From Octopus bimaculoides (taxonomy: Eukaryota): a stretch of DNA of 64,000 nucleotides. This document shows, piece by piece, positions 11,341 to 25,218 of this stretch. The position numbers were made by a program, and so were the translations under genes. The stretch's first letter is position 1. Every line of letters starts with the position of its first letter. The stretch covers positions 12,360,915-12,424,914 of the forward strand of contig NC_069000.1 of NCBI RefSeq assembly GCF_001194135.2, given 5' to 3'. The notes below the pieces were generated by a model, which saw only the letters and a list, made by a program, of their open reading frames with translations, searched no databases and was not told where the DNA came from.

Positions 11341-12339
11341 TTATCATCCCCTTATATCTTTGACATGGCACTAAATTTCTTTGTTGCAACTCAGCTAGTA
11401 GAGAAGAATGTATTATGGAATTTAATTCAATATATAAGCGATGCAGACCCGAGAGATATAGATGTCTCTCACCCGAACAAACATTTAAAAAAGCGCAGGA
11501 AACAAAGTGGAGCCCAGGCGCTCGCATTGTTGGTACTGACCACTAATGTTTTGTTGCATTCCGATAAAAACAAAAAGTTAGAATACAAACTGGGGGAAAA
11601 AAACAAACTCAGTAAATATGAAGAAGAGATCGATTGTAAGCTATTACTGATTCCCTGGTCTACACCAGGGAATTATGTCCAAAAATCTATATTGTTACGT
11701 GTGGGCGTATGTATGTGTTTGTACATATGTTATAGATACATGTGTACGTACATATGTATATATGTATATATATATATATATATNNNNNNNNNNNNNNNNN
11801 NNNNNNNNNNNNNNNNNNNNNNNNNNNNNNNNNNNNNNNNNNNNNNNNNNNNNNNNNNNNNNNNNNNNNNNNNNNNNNNNNNNNNNNNNNNNNNNNNNNN
11901 NNNNNNNNNNNNNNNNNNNNNNNNNNNNNNNNNNNNNNNNNNNNNNNNNNNNNNNNNNNNNNNNNNNNNNNNNNNNNNNNNNNNNNNNNNNNNNNNNNNN
12001 NNNNNNNNNNNNNNNNNNNNNNNNNNNNNNNNNNNNNNNNNNNNNNNNNNNNNNNNNNNNNNNNNNNNNNNNNNNNNNNNNNNNNNNNNNNNNNNNNNNN
12101 NNNNNNNNNNNNNNNNNNNNNNNNNNNNNNNNNNNNNNNNNNNNNNNNNNNNNNNNNNNNNNNNNNNNNNNNNNNNNNNNNNNNNNNNNNNNNNNNNNNN
12201 NNNNNNNNNNNNNNNNNNNNNNNNNNNNNNNNNNNNNNNNNNNNNNNNNNNNNNNNNNNNNNNNNNNNNNNNNNNNNNNNNNNNNNNNNNNNNNNNNNNN
12301 NNNNNNNNNTTATACTGGCGCACATTACACAGTAATTAT

Positions 12340-12346
12340 CTACCTC

Positions 12347-12409
<63 letters not shown>

Positions 12410-12432
12410 GTCTGTCTGTCTGTCTGTCTGTC
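12340..12432 (+). repeat. (TATC)n(TGTC)n compound microsatellite
   Basis: Directly visible; the same compound type occurs at 19060-19345 and 45420-45540. Confidence 0.95.
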
Positions 12433-12956
12433 TAAATATCTCTCTATATATATTTATATAGAAACATTTATGTGTATGTATATATATGTATGTATATATA
12501 TGTGTGTGTATGCGTGTGTGTTGAGACACGCACACACACATACACGCATGTGTGTGTGTGTGAGTGTATGACTCTGTGTGTGTTTGTGTGTGTGTGTATG
12601 TGTGTGTATATTATCACCGTCTACAGGCAAATCTATTCGATCGCACTATACCACGATAGCATTTCTGTACTCTAGTGACATGAAACTGCACATGCCGACT
12701 TACACGCTGACATACATACATACATACATACATACAAATACATACATATATACACAGACACGCATGCACACAGACACACATACACAGACGCAGGCACATA
12801 TACGGATGTGGGCACCTATACGCATATCACCATATATGTGTGTGTGTGTGTGTATGTGAGTGCGTGTGTGTGTGTATAAATATGTATGTGTGTATATGTA
12901 CAGTTTTTACATTTGCATATGCATACGTACACACAAACACACACGCGCACACAGAC

Positions 12957-13002
<46 letters not shown>

Positions 13003-13394
13003 NNNNNNNNNNNNNNNNNNNNNNNNNNNNNNNNNNNNNNNNNNNNNNNNNNNNNNNNNNNNNNNNNNNNNNNNNNNNNNNNNNNNNNNNNNNNNNNNNN
13101 NNNNNNNNNNNNNNNNNNNNNNNNNNNNNNNNNNNNNNNNNNNNNNNNNNNNNNNNNNNNNNNNNNNNNNNNNNNNNNNNNNNNNNNNNNNNNNNNNNNN
13201 NNNNNNNNNNNNNNNNNNNTATATATATATATATATATATATGCATATATATATATAGATATACATATATACATATATATGCATATACACATATATATAT
13301 ATATATTCCGTTGTTTAACAATGTACGCCAACAATACTAATATAGCAGTTATATATATATTGACAAACTGACAATTATATGAGCGGCAGGCCCC

Positions 13395-13720
13395 GAGGTG
13401 GTTCATAAGCAAAACTTTCACTCCACTGGACATTGCAAGACTGGCTGCAAGTATTGGCATTAATTAATTCTTCAGAACCCGCTTGACCTCAATTAGGCAT
13501 AGGTCATCGGCGTGGTCAGCTGTCTTCTTTTGATGATTGATACAATGATTGGCTGCTATAGGGACGTATGTAGAAAGGTCGAAAGGAGGGGACCAAAATC
13601 GCAGTACTGGCAAATGGCTTCTACAAAAGGGCGGCTGAATTTCCTTTGATGTTGAACTTGGATGCATTTTCAATAAATCAATCCATCTATAGAAACTGGA
13701 GCAGAATCGTTTGTATATTT
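13395..13720 (-). mobile_element. Decayed non-LTR retrotransposon reverse transcriptase fragment (CR1/L2/Jockey-type)
   Basis: Frameshifted minus-strand pieces RWIDLL / CIQVQHQRKFSRPFVEAICQYCDFGPLLSTFLH / HADDLCL / VQWSE follow the RT order WI..FL..R.IQV...S.P..V..GVPQGSVLGPLLF..Y...YADD...I..W. Confidence 0.6.
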
Positions 13721-13794
13721 ACAATGCCTCAACACTTACTTACACGCATACCCATTCGTATATAGGAACACAAATACACATGCACACGTATACG

Positions 13795-13874
<80 letters not shown>

Positions 13875-13972
13875 AACACATACGTATATGCACACATACA
13901 TATGTGCATGGATAACGTACATACTTCCATAAGTACCTATGTACATACACAAAACGAAATATGTAAATTGAA

Positions 13973-14007
<35 letters not shown>

Positions 14008-14258
14008 CTGACACGCATACACGCACATATAGCGAGAAAGAGGGGAGAGGGAGTGAGTGAGAGAGGGAGTGAGTGAGAGAGAGAGGGAGAGAGTGAGTGA
14101 GAGAGGGATTCAAGTATGGGCATACTCAGGCACCCACGCACCCACACATCCGCATACATGTACATCCACACATATACACGCATACATGTGTGTATGCATA
14201 CATATATCCATATATGTATGTCTGTATGTACATATACATACATATATATGTATGTATG

Positions 14259-14296
<38 letters not shown>

Positions 14297-14409
14297 NNNN
14301 NNNNNNNNNNNNNNNNNNNNNNNNNNNNNNNNNNNNNNNNNNNNNNNNNNNNNNNNNNNNNNNNNNNNNNNNNNNNNNNNNNNNNNNNNNNNNNNNNNNN
14401 NNNNNNNNN

Positions 14410-14470
<61 letters not shown>

Positions 14471-14510
14471 GCTTGTGTGAGTGTGCGAGAGAGATAGAGA
14501 GGGAAAGAAA

Positions 14511-14550
<40 letters not shown>

Positions 14551-14844
14551 GTGAGACAGACAGACAGACAGACAGAGGAAGTGGGTAGAGGAGAGCAAAT
14601 CATGGATATTCGGCTCATTCCGAGGAGCAGGAAGTAAATTTCTACCGATCCGGCTTCGATTCCTGCTCAAAACCATTTTCGTTCCGTTTAACCTCCAGCG
14701 ATATTGCAACAGGAATTAGTGCAACAAATATCACTTTCAGCCTTCATGAAATGACGGAGCTTCACATAAAGTCAGTTAGTCAGGGCTAGGAGGAGCTAAA
14801 TATACTGACCTATGCATATGTATGAATATCTATTTATCTCCCGA

Positions 14845-14893
<49 letters not shown>

Positions 14894-14904
14894 ATGTACT
14901 CATA

Positions 14905-15000
14905 CAGTAATGCCTCGATATTCGAGTCAATTTGTTCCTGGAGGTCACTTGTAAAGCGAAAACTCGTAAAACAGAGCAATAATTTCCCAGGGTAGCAATG
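14905..15000 (+). mobile_element. 5' end of a Tigger/pogo-type DNA transposon or MITE
   Basis: TA (14903-04) followed by CAGTAATGCCTCGATATTCGAGT, typical of a Tigger-class TIR start. No matching right TIR seen. Confidence 0.55.
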
Positions 15001-15074
15001 AAATTTTATGCCGTCATTTTTCTCCGTCGCGGTGCAGACGTGCCAGAACCAGTGTTGTCACTTGTTGCGACGTT

Positions 15075-15213
15075 GCGAGCTGGCAGAATCGTTAGCACCG
15101 CGAGCGAAACGCTTAGCTGTATTTCGTCTGTCTTCACATTCTGAGTTCAAATGCCGCCGGGGTCGACTATGCTTTTCATCCTTTTGGGGTCGATAAATTA
15201 AGTACTAGTTATG
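15075..15213 (+). mobile_element. SINE family A (tRNA-derived head), 3'-truncated at the junction with an RTE LINE
   Basis: A-box-like TGGCAGAATCGTTAG and B-box-like GAGTTCAAATGCC; highly similar to copies at 28971, 39531 and 44306. Confidence 0.9.
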
Positions 15214-15843
15214 TACATCAAGACAAAGATCAGGATTTATGAAGCATGTGTTCTCAGCACACTCCTCTATGGATCTGAAACACGGATCTTGTACAGCAGA
15301 CAGGAAAGGTGCCTCGGTATTTTCCACGTCAGATGCCTCCGCAAGATCTTAGGCCTAACATGGCGCGACAAGGTCACCAATGTTGAAGTGCTGCCGCATG
15401 CGAATCTTCAAAGCATGACAGCTATCTTGTACATGAGAAGACTGAAGTGGCTGGGGCATGCCAGGAGAATGAATGACCATCGAATCCCAAAGCAACTGAT
15501 CTATGGAGAACTGGCCCAGGGCAAAAGACCAAGAGGAAGACCAAAACTGAGGTGTAAGGACACTTGCAAAACTAGTTTGCCCAAGTGTGAGGTGGATGTC
15601 GGCACCTGGGAAGAGAGGGCTGAGGACAGAAAAACATGGAGGACTGTGGTGAAGGAAGGAACTGCTTCGCTAAAGAGCAGCTACAGAAACAAACAAGTTG
15701 AGAAGCGTCAGCGGCGAAAGGAAAACAACAGAAATGCAGAGCGCCGAGCAATCCTCTTTGTATGCAAGAACTGTGACAGAAGCTGCGCTTCAATCATAGG
15801 AAGAATCAGCCATGAAAGAAGCTGCAAGAAGGGGAGACCCTGA
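15211..15843 (+). mobile_element. 5'-truncated RTE-clade LINE: uninterrupted 210-codon ORF encoding the region C-terminal to the RT plus a terminal Cys/His finger
   Basis: KIRIYEACVLSTLLYGSET, RCLRKILGLTWRDKVTN, RRLKWLGHARRMNDHRIPKQLIYGEL, GKRPRGRPKLR, AEDRKTWR and CKNCDRSCASIIGRISHERSC are hallmark RTE/BovB-type motifs. Confidence 0.93.
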
Positions 15844-17269
15844 TATGTTCGAATAAGTGACCTCTAAGCTAAATTGACCGTCTGCATAAACGAAAAGGAC
15901 CAATTATATATNNNNNNNNNNNNNNNNNNNNNNNNNNNNNNNNNNNNNNNNNNNNNNNNNNNNNNNNNNNNNNNNNNNNNNNNNNNNNNNNNNNNNNNNN
16001 NNNNNNNNNNNNNNNNNNNNNNNNNNNNNNNNNNNNTATATATATATATATTTAGTTCTATATCTCTCTATCAGGTCTTGTGATGTGATACTCGGGACTT
16101 TCAACGTACACAATCAGAAGAATGCACACATACGCTACTACGCCCTTAATAAGTATGCTTAGTGCACACACACATATATATATATATATGTGTGTGTACT
16201 CATGTATACACAGACATACATATAGAATGAGAGAAAGAGTTTTTATTTATCAACTTACATTGTTGAGACAGATTTGTTTGTAAGATTGGACATTTTGCAC
16301 GTGAAGTAGATATTTGTGGATAAGGATGTTAAAATTCAACAACAAGGAAGAAAAAAAAAAAAGAGGCCTCTTCTCATTTTCACCATTATCATCAACTGCA
16401 GAAAGATCTCCAGTAAGAGGGAATAAAAACTAAAAAGGGTGAGAGGAGTTTCAACAATGACAATGGCTAACACCAAAAAACAAAAAATAAAGAAAGAAAT
16501 TCATAAGCAAAAACTGTTAGAACGACAATACCAGAAAGAAGAAAACAATAATAAGGACAAGGCTATTTTAAATACTGCCTTCAATTAGGCTGCCATCTTT
16601 TTATATTTATATAATTTTTTCCTCCAAAATCTTTCCTGAGTTTATTTGTTTGTCTTAGCAATTTAGGTAATATTATTGATTAGGCTTGGGAAAACAAAAA
16701 AACTAAAAATGATTGTGAGAGTATAAAAAATATATATATGAAAGTCTGTGTAGAGATGTGTTGTTGCTGTAAATGGCTTCGGTGGTTCGGGGAGAAATGA
16801 TATCAGGACGAAAAGTGGGAATATACACAAAAGTCTACTTATGTCTATTATAGTCTCTCTCTCTCACTCTCTTTTTCTGTCTCTCTCACTCATTTCTCTG
16901 TGTGTGTGTGTGTGTATGTGTTTGTGTGTGTGTGTGTGCGTGTGTGTGCCTCATAAATTGAATTACTTGCTTCGTGAAAATGTAGGTATCACCATAGCAA
17001 TTAGTTGCACACATTCACATACACACAATCGATTAATACATACGCACGCACAGGCACGGAGACGTACGCGTGCACGCACACATGCGCTCGCACACACGAA
17101 CGAACGCGCGCATACGCTCAGGCTTTTACATACAAACGTGTCCTAAGTGGTGTGCATAAAATCGTAATAATAATAATAAACACAATAATAATAGAAACAA
17201 TGTCATTATTATTATTGTTGTTGTTGTTGTTGTTGTTGTTGCTTACCTATGTTTGGAATTCATACAAAT

Positions 17270-17579
17270 ATATGTATACATATATATACATAGAAATACA
17301 TAAACATACACATAAACACACACACACACACACACATATATATAAGTCGGTATATATGTGTGGGCGTATATACATATATACACACACATTTACATATATA
17401 TAAATACATAATATATACATATGTATATATATATATATTTATATATATATATAATATATATATACATATATAAATTTATACATGATACATATATACATAC
17501 ACATACATAAATATCCATATATATATATATGCATATATATGTACATAAATACGTATATGTATATATGTATACATACATA

Positions 17580-17653
<74 letters not shown>

Positions 17654-17860
17654 CACATATATGTATACATGTAAATATATACATGTACATATATATATAT
17701 ACATACATATATATGTATATGTTTGTACATGTATGTATATATATATATATATACACGCACATATATATGAATATATATATACCCACATATATGTGTTTAT
17801 ACATATATATATATACTTGTACATATATACATATATACGTATATGTATGTACATATATAC

Positions 17861-17906
<46 letters not shown>
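17270..17906. repeat. Long imperfect (TA)n/(TATG)n/(CA)n tract running into an N-gap
   Basis: Directly visible; generates several YIYIY ORFs. Confidence 0.95.
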
Positions 17907-18973
17907 NNNNNNNNNNNNNNNNNNNNNNNNNNNNNNNNNNNNNNNNNNNNNNNNNNNNNNNNNNNNNNNNNNNNNNNNNNNNNNNNNNNNNNNNNNNNNN
18001 NNNNNNNNNNNNNNNNNNNNNNNNNNNNNNNNNNNNNNNNNNNNNNNNNNNNNNNNNNNNNNNNNNNNNNNNNNNNNNNNNNNNNNNNNNNNNNNNNNNN
18101 NNNNNNNNNNNNNNNNNNNNNNNNNNNNNNNNNNNNNNNNNNNNNNNNNNNNNNNNNNNNNNNNNNNNNNNNNNNNNNNNNNNNNNNNNNNNNNNNNNNN
18201 NNNNNNNNNNNNNNNNNNNNNNNNNNNNNNNNNNNNNNNNNNNNNNNNNNNNNNNNNNNNNNNNNNNNNNNNNNNNNNNNNNNNNNNNNNNNNNNNNNNN
18301 NNNNNNNNNNNNNNNNNNNNNNNNNNNNNNNNNNNNNNNNNNNNNNNNNNNNNNNNNNNNNNNNNNNNNNNNNNNNNNNNNNNNNNNNNNNNNNNNNNNN
18401 NNNNNNNNNNNNNNNNNNNNNNNNNNNNNNNNNNNNNNNNNNNNNNNNNNNNNNNNNNNNNNNNNNNNNNTATATTTATGTATATATATTTGGATTGTAC
18501 CGTCCAATTCTCTATGTCGGTGTAACAGTAATTTTTTGTTTGTCTCTTACTTTTTTGTTTGTTATTTTGATTTTTCTTTTACGTATATACATAGTTATAT
18601 ACATGAATATATATGCATATATGTATGTAAGCATATATTTAGGCATGTAATGTATGTATGCATGTATGAATCCATATATGTATGCATGTATGTATGTAAG
18701 TATGTACGTATGTATGTATGTAATGTATGTATGTAATGTATGTATGTATGTATGTATGTATGTATGTATGCATGTGATGCAGCGACGAAGAACACTTAAA
18801 ACATTATCTGCGGACAATTTAGCTTTCGTTCTCTGTGGATTTCTTGGATAGATTTTCTTTCTTTTCTTCTTTCGTGTTTACTTACTAACTTATACATCTT
18901 TCTTGCTTTCTTTTTCATTTCTTTCTTTTGTTTTTTCTTTCTTTCCGTCTGATTCCTGTCTTTCTCACTTCAG

Positions 18974-18982
18974 TGGTTATAT
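18974..18982 (+). other. Candidate 9-nt microexon (TGGTTATAT), unverified
   Basis: Perfect TACTAAC at 18883-18889, 120-nt AG-free pyrimidine tract (18852-18971), CAG acceptor at 18971-73 and GTATGT donor at 18983-88. Confidence 0.2.
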
Positions 18983-19059
18983 GTATGTGCATCTATGTGG
19001 TCTGTGCATATTGTACCTGCGTGCGTGTGTGTGTGTAATTGAGTGAAACGTTGAATTTT

Positions 19060-19345
<286 letters not shown>

Positions 19346-21814
19346 TTCTCTGTATGTCTGTCTCTCTGTCTGCTTCTCTCTCTCTCTCCCTCTCTCCCTC
19401 CCTCTCTCTCTCACCATCTATCTGCTTGTCTGTGTATTTATTATTGTATATGTGCGTGGATGTGTGTGTGTATGTGCTTGTATGCATATGTGTACGAGTG
19501 TCTGAGTGTGTGTGTATGTAGGTGTATGTGTGCGTGTATATGCGTATGTGCGGATGTATGTGCAGATAGAGAATGATGCCTCCATACATTAATATATATA
19601 TTAGCCAGGCACAAGTGCATCATTGTTATGTTAAACTCCATCTCTCTCTCTCTCCCTCTCTCTCTCGCTCGCTCGCTCGCTCTCTCTCTCTCTCTCTGTC
19701 ACACACCCACACAAAAACACACACATCTCTTTCCACCTTCTTTCTCTCACACTCATTTCATCACACACACCCACACACACATTTGTACATCTTTGTGTGT
19801 CTGTGACTAAGTGTAACAGTGTGCTTATATGTACAACTTCATTACATTTCTCCGACCTTGTTTATTGAGGTCAACATCTGCGCTTTGTTTCATACTCCAA
19901 GATATAGATTGTAAAATAAAACTATTTTGTTTAGCATCAGGTGCATGGTTTAAACATATTTTATGGCACATACACTATTTGAGACATGGCAATCCTCTCT
20001 TTATATGTATACGTATGTACCTGCGTGTGTGTGTGCTTGTGTGTGTGTATGTCTATATTTGTGTGTGTAATACATATGTATGTATATATATATATATAGG
20101 AAGATACCCACCTAGACACGAGTCTTCACACCAAGAAACTATAAGCAACTCTTGTCTTATAATATGTACATTTAACATAATTATTTTCCACAGGATCGAA
20201 TGATTTTTCTTTTTGAACTTACCTTAACAGAACAGTAAACTATATACACACATACACATATATATTATTTATATTTACATATGTGAATACATACACACAC
20301 ACACATATACACATACACACACACATATACACACACACAGGCACACAAATGCATGCGCACACAATCACACATACACACACGCGTATACACATACACACAC
20401 ACATNNNNNNNNNNNNNNNNNNNNNNNNNNNNNNNNNNNNNNNNNNNNNNNNNNNNNNNNNNNNNNNNNNNNNNNNNNNNNNNNNNNNNNNNNNNNNNNN
20501 NNNNNNNNNNNNNNNNNNNNNNNNNNNNNNNNNNNNNNNNNNNNNNNNNNNNNNNNNNNNNNNNNNNNNNNNNNNNNNNNNNNNNNNNNNNNNNNNNNNN
20601 NNNNNNNNNNNNNNNNNNNNNNNNNNNNNNNNNNNNNNNNNNNNNNNNNNNNNNNNNNNNNNNNNNNNNNNNNNNNNNNNNNNNNNNNNNNNNNNNNNNN
20701 NNNNNNNNNNNNNNNNNNNNNNNNNNNNNNNNNNNNNNNNNNNNNNNNNNNNNNNNNNNNNNNNNNNNNNNNNNNNNNNNNNNNNNNNNNNNNNNNNNNN
20801 NNNNNNNNNNNNNNNNNNNNNNNNNNNNNNNNNNNNNNNNNNNNNNNNNNNNNNNNNNNNNNNNNNNNNNNNNNNNNNNNNNNNNNNNNNNNNNNNNNNN
20901 NNNNNNNNNNNNNNNNNNNNNNNNNNNNNNNNNNNNNNNNNNNNNNNNNNNNNNNNNNNNNNNNNNNNNNNNNNNNNNNNNNNNNNNNNNNNNNNNNNNN
21001 NNNNNNNNNNNNNNNNNNNNNNNNNNNNNNNNNNNNNNNNNNNNNNNNNNNNNNNNNNNNNNNNNNNNNNNNNNNNNNNNNNNNNNNNNNNNNNNNNNNN
21101 NNNNNNNNNNNNNNNNNNNNNNNNNNNNNNNNNNNNNNNNNNNNNNNNNNNNNNNNNNNNTATATATATATATATATATATACGTTTCCGAAACCAAACG
21201 GAAGCAGCTTCATTTTGTTCTATCTATATCATTGCAAGCCATCCCGCCAGCCACCCAGCCAGTCAAACAACCAGTCAGTCAGTCCACCTGTCTTATCCAT
21301 CCGCACTGTGATATCTTTCCAACTCTGAATATGTTCTGGCTGACACATCTTTGAAATGACATATCTCACCGACATTATCCTTGCTACATCATACCAGCGT
21401 TACTTATATCTAACGTCTTTTATCAAACTATCTTTTTGTTGAAACACATACGTGCATCCATATAACGTCGAGCATAAATACTGGCACATAATTACACACA
21501 CATACAGTCTTCATTCTATATTTCCTTCTATTATCTATATCACAATTTTATAAATTTTATTTGCATCGTCCTCATTCGTCCGTTTCACTATCGTTTTCTT
21601 TCGTACCTCCACCGCCGCCACCGTCGTCTGACGCTCCTAACGTATTTTCGCTTCTTTATGTAGTTCGCTTTTCATCGTTGTTCTTTTCTCGTTCAGTATC
21701 TCTTTCTCTCACGTTCTCTTTTCTTTCTCTCTCTCTCTCTCTCTCTCCTTCTTTTTCTCTCCTTCTAACTCTTCTTTTCACTACCCTCTTTCTGTCATTC
21801 ATTTATAATTACCT

Positions 21815-21824
21815 TATGTATTTC

Positions 21825-21855
<31 letters not shown>

Positions 21856-21985
21856 TGTATGTATGTATGTATGTACGTACGTACGTATGTATGTATGTAT
21901 GTATGAATGTATGCATGTATGTATGTATGTATGTACGTACGTCCGTCCGTATGTATGTATGTATGTATGTATGCATGTATGTAAA
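21815..21985 (+). repeat. (TATG)n microsatellite with TACG variants, ending at an N-gap
   Basis: Directly visible. Confidence 0.95.
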
Positions 21986-23704
21986 TNNNNNNNNNNNNNN
22001 NNNNNNNNNNNNNNNNNNNNNNNNNNNNNNNNNNNNNNNNNNNNNNNNNNNNNNNNNNNNNNNNNNNNNNNNNNNNNNNNNNNNNNNNNNNNNNNNNNNN
22101 NNNNNNNNNNNNNNNNNNNNNNNNNNNNNNNNNNNNNNNNNNNNNNNNNNNNNNNNNNNNNNNNNNNNNNNNNNNNNNNNNNNNNNNNNNNNNNNNNNNN
22201 NNNNNNNNNNNNNNNNNNNNNNNNNNNNNNNNNNNNNNNNNNNNNNNNNNNNNNNNNNNNNNNNNNNNNNNNNNNNNNNNNNNNNNNNNNNNNNNNNNNN
22301 NNNNNNNNNNNNNNNNNNNNNNNNNNNNNNNNNNNNNNNNNNNNNNNNNNNNNNNNNNNNNNNNNNNNNNNNNNNNNNNNNNNNNNNNNNNNNNNNNNNN
22401 NNNNNNNNNNNNNNNNNNNNNNNNNNNNNNNNNNNNNNNNNNNNNNNNNNNNNNNNNNNNNNNNNNNNNNNNNNNNNNNNNNNNNNNNNNNNNNNNNNNN
22501 NNNNNNNNNNNNNNNNNNNNNNNNNNNNNNNNNNNNNNNNNNNNNNNNNNNNNNNNNNNNNNNNNNNNNNNNNNNNNNNNNNNNNNNNNNNNNNNNNNNN
22601 NNNNNNNNNNNNNNNNNNNNNNNNNNNNNNNNNNNNNNNNNNNNNNNNNNNNNNNNNNNNNNNNNNNNNNNNNNNNNNNNNNNNNNNNNNNNNNNNNNNN
22701 NNNNNNNATATATATAGACATATATTTATATGCATATATACACATACACGTTACATAAATGCATAGAAACATTCATTCTTTTATGCATACATATAACACT
22801 TCGTGCCAATCATATGATCGAATTGCAAATATTTCCCCATTTCTCTCTTTATTGACTCACAATCTAATTTTGCATCTGACATTTATTTTGCAGACCATCT
22901 TTCAATCTAGTGTAATTTCGCCATTCTTTCACCTTTATATCTTCCATTCCTCCACCCTACTACAACACCTTTCTCCACTTTCTTTTGCCTCTACATTTCT
23001 TCACCTACTCCGCTGTCTTGTACTCGTTGAAAGCTAAGAAAATTTTGCCTCCTGTCTGATATTGAGAACAATCATTTACTTACATCGCGGCAGCCAATCA
23101 AATCGCAGTCTTTATACAAAAAAAGGATTTCCAAATATATATTTCATGTTCGAGTGCATGCTGGTTCATTTACATTGTACGGGACAAAAGAAATTCTTAG
23201 TAAAATTTTTGAGCATTGGTCGATTTCAATATATATATATGCATACATACGCACACACATACATACATACACAAATACATACATACATACATACATACAT
23301 ACATACATACATACATACATACACACATACAAACATATAAACATATACGTATGCACATGCATACATATATACATACATATATACATACATGTATACATAC
23401 ATACGTTATACGCAAATGAAGTAATACTAAATTGAAATAGCCATCTATGTATCATACTTAATGCATCATAATTTATACACAGTGTCTGTAGACCACATGC
23501 CTCTAATCATTTTGATCGACGCGCTAACGATTCTGTCACCTAGCCCCCTTTCTGCCATTTGAAGAATGGAAGTACACAATGGGTAATGAAGTTTTCATTA
23601 AACTAAAATACACAAGTATAAAAGTGATGCTCAAGGCTGGAACGCTTTTAAATGTAGACCTAATCCATTAAATATGGTCTGAAGATTAAACAACACCATA
23701 AATA

Positions 23705-23921
23705 TTGGTTTCAAATTTTGGCACAAGGCCAGCAATTTGGGGGGACTAGTTAGATCGATTACATCGACATCGGTGGCCAACTGGTACTTATTTTTATCGG
23801 CCTCGAAAAGATGAAAGGCAAAGTGGACATCCGCGGAATTTAGAATTAGAAGGTAAAGCCGGACAAAATGCCGCTAAGCATTTTGTCCGGCGTGCTAACG
23901 ATTCTGCCAGCTCACCGCCTT
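23705..23921 (-). mobile_element. SINE family A, near full length
   Basis: The reverse complement carries the head (GGCGGTGAGCTGGCAGAATCGTTAGCACGCCGGAC), central GTCGAT motifs and the tail (CTTGTGCCAAAATTTGAAACCAAT). Confidence 0.9.
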
Positions 23922-23992
23922 ATACAAAGATAATAGGAATTATTTGGATGTCTTCTACTTCACCGGGTTAAACATTGCCACGCAATGCTTAC

Positions 23993-24009
23993 CACAACGA
24001 AGGGCAAAG
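23993..24009 (-). other. Candidate 17-nt small exon (CTTTGCCCTTCGTTGTG), unverified
   Basis: Minus strand: GACTAAT branch-like site, CATTTTCCTTTTCGTTGTCAG acceptor, G|GTAAGC donor. Confidence 0.25.
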
Positions 24010-25152
24010 CTGACAACGAAAAGGAAAATGAGTTGATGTATTAGTCTTCATTAATTAAAATTGAAATTAAAGAATAAGACTGCAATTATTTCGCTTTCGT
24101 AAACATTTGTTGAACAATGAATTCGTTGACTTTACCTCACACACAGCACAAACATCAACAACTTGTTACGAACTAACCATCTGTGGATTCGATCGACACT
24201 TTAAAACCATGTCTTGTACCATTCTTCAACAAACACATCATTTATACCTCACGGTAAAGATAAACCACGTACGTTACTATCTGTATCTTTACAGCATGAT
24301 GTATTTGCATACTGATAGTTTATTTAACAGAAGTATCGACACAAAGTGTAGAAAAATCTGTATATATCAGCAGCCAACACAAAATCGTTTAGAGACGGTC
24401 GAACATTGATTAAGCAGACGCATTCACGGATACATTATCCACACACGCACTCGCACATGAATGAAAGTATAGATACATACGTACGCATACATAAAGTTAT
24501 TTATTGATCAAGCGCAACACATAATTCTTGAGTTTTAAAAACCTAATACAACACGGAGTAGCCACGATGTGTTTCATTAATTGGTAGTCACAAACCAACA
24601 CAGATGGCTGTCAAGATGTGATTTAGCGCTTGGATGTAACGGTTTTCTACGTGGAATCCATGACTAATAGCTGTCACATAACTAAGCTCTGCTTGTGTAC
24701 AAACTTGTGTCTTTGTGCTTGTATGTCCGTGTGCGTGCGAACATGTCTGTGCATGTGTGTGTGCGTGAGTGCGTGAGTTTGTTTCAGTGTATGAGAGAGA
24801 GGGAGGGAGAGAGAGGGAGGGAGAGAGAGAAAGAGTATGTGTGTGTGTGAAAGAGAGAGATAGTGTGTGTGTGCGTGTGTATGTGTTTCGTGAAACGACT
24901 GTCAACAGACAATTCAGTTTGTTCTAACAGCGTTATTCTCGCAATAATTGGTAGTTCCGATGAAGAATATTGTAAGTGATTAAAGTGACTGAAAGTGATT
25001 AAAGTTTGAAGTAAAAGAAAGTGGAGAACAGGAGTAATGGGAAAAATCTGAAGATAACACGAAGTAACAATCTATCTATCTATCTATCTATCTATCTATA
25101 CGTATGCACAGACAACGCACACATACACATATACACACAACACGCACGCACT

Positions 25153-25218
<66 letters not shown>

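Noticed and set aside
11227-12435. 402-aa ORF
   Set aside because: It begins in a SINE, passes through unique sequence with no recognisable domain, and is inflated by a 526-N gap and TATC repeats.
14625-14668. 9-bp inverted repeat GAGCAGGAA/TTCCTGCTC with a B-box-like motif
   Set aside because: Too short for a tRNA, and a 9-bp stem with a 26-nt spacer is within chance expectation.
16402-16412. 11-nt AG...GTAAGA microexon-like site
   Set aside because: Mediocre acceptor; it shows how readily such pairs occur by chance here.
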